From assembly GCA_965655095.1 (NCBI GenBank), contig OZ296659.1, forward strand, positions 42,222,001 through 42,286,000: a stretch of DNA of 64,000 bases, given 5' to 3'. This DNA is from Haplodiscus bocki (lineage: Eukaryota). Both the position numbers and the translations under genes were made by a program. Positions 61,733 to 64,000 of the stretch are shown here, piece after piece; the first letter of the stretch is position 1; every line of letters begins with the position of its first letter. A model generated the notes under the pieces. The model was given only the letters and a program-made list of their open reading frames with translations. It did not search any database and was not told where the DNA came from.

Positions 61733-62344
61733 CTAAGTTTTATGTTCTCGGTTGAATTTTACTTTGTTAGTATTAAAAAGCTTTAATTTCAATTTTACGT
61801 TCAATTTTTTCAAAAAAGCCTTATTTTTTGTTTCATCCATAAACTTAGTGAAAATATTGAATAGAGGTTTATAATCGTTTCCATTAATTAGATTTTCTTC
61901 CAAACTTTTTTTATATAACTTATCAAACGATTTTTTAGTTTTTAGATCTTTGCGATATAGATTTTGGTATTTATTATATTTATTTATGATCATCTCATGT
62001 AATAATTTATTAGTTAATGATAGGGCACACGCAATTCCAGCTGATATTGATGAAAAAAAGTCAAACTAATACCAGTAATCGATAGAATTATAGAAGTTGA
62101 CGTTGCTCCAATAGAAAAAATTGTCTATTGATTCGAATATTGTGTTCAGCGTTTCATAAGTTTTTTTAGCTCTTTGATTTACGGTTTTCATCTTTGAAAT
62201 AAGAAATCAATTCTTCAAAGTTATGAATTGAGTTTTTAAAACTGTTAACATCATTCAGCCTAATCCCATTCTCTGTCTCAAATCATCATTTCAAAAACTT
62301 TCCAGTGATTCAGATGGGTATAACTTTAATGTAGGTGTAGTCAT
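61733..62344 (-). pseudogene. Polinton membrane-protein-like ORF
   Basis: N-terminal 'KLYPS', basic stretch, hydrophobic 'SISAGIACALSL', then 'IINKYNKY...KSFDKLYKKSL'. Confidence 0.55.
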
Positions 62345-62356
62345 TTAATAAATAAA

Positions 62357-62758
62357 AACTTAAACAAACTTCCCAAGGTATAATCCTTCACTTGATTGAT
62401 AGAAGTTGATCACTTCTGGCAATGATGATAAAGCTGCTTTAAAGATTAGAGAAGCAAATGCACTACCAACGTTAGCTCTACTTTCCAAAGCTCTTCAGGG
62501 TTGTTTTAATGCATTTTTCGCCATGTTTTTCAATACATTAAGTCACTTTTTACCTAAATTCTTGAAAAAATCACCAAAATCCTCTGCTACTTTTGTGTTA
62601 TCAGAAACAGTCTTAGATACATTTTTTGAAATTTGAACAAAAACCAATTAAAACTTTGCTACCTTTGGAGGTTATATCACTATAAATCTTTAGTGTAGCT
62701 GATTTGTGTCTTCCTCCAACAGGAAAACTAATTGTGTCAAATTTTTTGAAAGCTCATT
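62357..62758 (-). pseudogene. Small amphipathic, lysine-rich Polinton ORF (protein VI/cupiennin-like, putatively membrane-lytic)
   Basis: 'VSDNTKVAEDFGDFFKNLGKK*LNVLKNMAKNALK...ALSSLPEVINFY...GLYLGKFV*'. Confidence 0.55.
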
Positions 62759-62774
62759 TATTAGGCGTAAAAAT

Positions 62775-63875
62775 AAATTTTCACTTTTGTACAGTAAAAG
62801 TCAACGTTTCCTCATCAAAATGACCTTTTTCGTGATTATCATATTCCGATTAAAATTTTAAAGTTTTCAAAACAGATTTGTGTAATTTTATGGTGTATTG
62901 TTTCAGGCTTGCCAAATATTTTTTAACCGGGTGGTTTGTCTAAAATAAAAGTAAAAAGCGTAGGTTCTCGTATTCCATTTAAAACAGAACCATCAAAAAC
63001 ATCACACTTTAAATGATTTTTATTCAGTGTAATTGATTTCATAAATTTTTCACCAAAGTGTTCATCAAGTTTTCCTTAATCCCAATGTGGTGAGAGACCC
63101 AAAATGGAATTAAAAAACGATTTTTGACTGAACTTCATTGCTATGATAAGATACCATACAATCAATTTTTTTATCATGGTTTTGTTATCCCATTCGATGA
63201 TAATTGAATCGTATTTATCATATTTAACATTTGTTCGAATTCGTCCTCTGATTTCAAATGCATTCAAAAACTTCTAGGAAGATCTTCAGAAATGTCTTTA
63301 TTTGAGTAAATGCATGGAGAAAATTCTTTTGTGTTACATTTTTTTTCATATCGTTTTAAAATCAATTGAATATCATCTCCAACCAAACCAACTGAATTTC
63401 TAAGATAAATTTCAATGTCTCTATTTGGTGATTGAGTGTATTCTATTAAAGACATGTAAAAACAATCAATTTGTCCCTTTACTATCGGAAGTTTTCTATA
63501 AGTTTCAAAAATCTCTGGTCCAAGTATTTCATGTTGCAGACCCTTGGAGAAAATATCTGGAAGACCAAGGATCTCTTCTACGTTATCTTTTAATTCTATG
63601 AATGAGAACTCATCAAAATTATCTGTATGAAGTTCGAATTTGTTATGATCTTCTGCTATACGAAAAATAGACTTGTATACTTCTAAACTAGTTAATCCAA
63701 GCATCCAAGATTCCTCAATTAGGATGGGTGGTTGAATTAAGAAAGTTTCTCTGTGTTTGGTAAGCTGGAATTCTAGTTTTTCTTCTGCTTTTGTATGAGT
63801 TTGTTCTTTGAGTGTTTCACAGCTTTTAGTAATTGAAAGTTATAAATCTTTTGTTTCATTTTTCGGTTGAATCAT
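62775..63875 (-). pseudogene. Minor capsid (penton-like, single jelly-roll) protein 1
   Basis: N-terminal 'F...PPI....SWMLGLTSLEVY.SIF.I'; C-terminal 'HLKCDVFDGSVLNGIREP.LF.F.LDKPPG...PET'. Confidence 0.75.
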
Positions 63876-63902
63876 GTCTAAGTCATTTCATATAATACAG
63901 AA

Positions 63903-64000
63903 TTATATATTCACTAATTGACAAGTCAACGATATCGTTTCCTCGATGAAAATTGCAGCTTTCCCATGATCATCTTTCAAATAATGTGTTATGTGAGACA
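63903..64000 (-). pseudogene. C-terminus of a second, tandem penton-like gene (rest outside the window)
   Basis: 'SHITHYLKDDHGKAAIFIEETISLTCQLVNI*' parallels the C-terminus of the 62775-63875 gene. Confidence 0.6.

Larger units (their letters stand above)
53400..64000. mobile_element. Decayed Polinton/Maverick (adintovirus-like) endogenous viral element, continuing past the right edge
   Basis: Compact intronless cluster of pPolB, RVE integrase, major capsid, A32-like ATPase and penton-like relics; left boundary approximate. Confidence 0.9.

Overview
AT-rich animal (invertebrate) genomic DNA; the Polinton relic and repeat types resemble those I associate with acoel genomes, but that is an impression only. 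No prokaryotic features. (1) Host genes: the 3' part of a + strand DEG/ENaC ion-channel gene. Nine exons between 14172 and 41750 join in phase at GT-AG sites and include one 22.2 kb intron. An intact, intronless, antisense B-box/coiled-coil/MATH-like ORF (28435-29370) and a decayed PAN + C-type-lectin pseudogene lie in that intron. (2) A decayed Polinton/Maverick (adintovirus-like) endogenous virus runs from about 53.4 kb off the right edge. It carries pPolB, a Zn-finger ORF, RVE integrase, major capsid, packaging ATPase with Walker A deleted, a membrane protein, an amphipathic protein and two tandem penton-like genes. (3) A decayed Ty3/Gypsy gag-pol at about 22.2-27.1 kb. (4) Two inverted ~2.4 kb TGTC(A/G)C...GCGACA elements (1165-3543 with a TTAG TSD, and 48873-51275), each holding tandem arrays and an eroded ORF. 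(5) A CCCGGG-ended, 2-bp-TSD non-autonomous DNA transposon inserted into an inverted copy of itself (11982-13898). (6) About eight copies of a Helentron-type (HINE/DINE-1-like) element, a Helitron 3' end, tRNA-derived SINE relics and unassigned eroded ORFs. All calls come from reading by eye; no searches were run.
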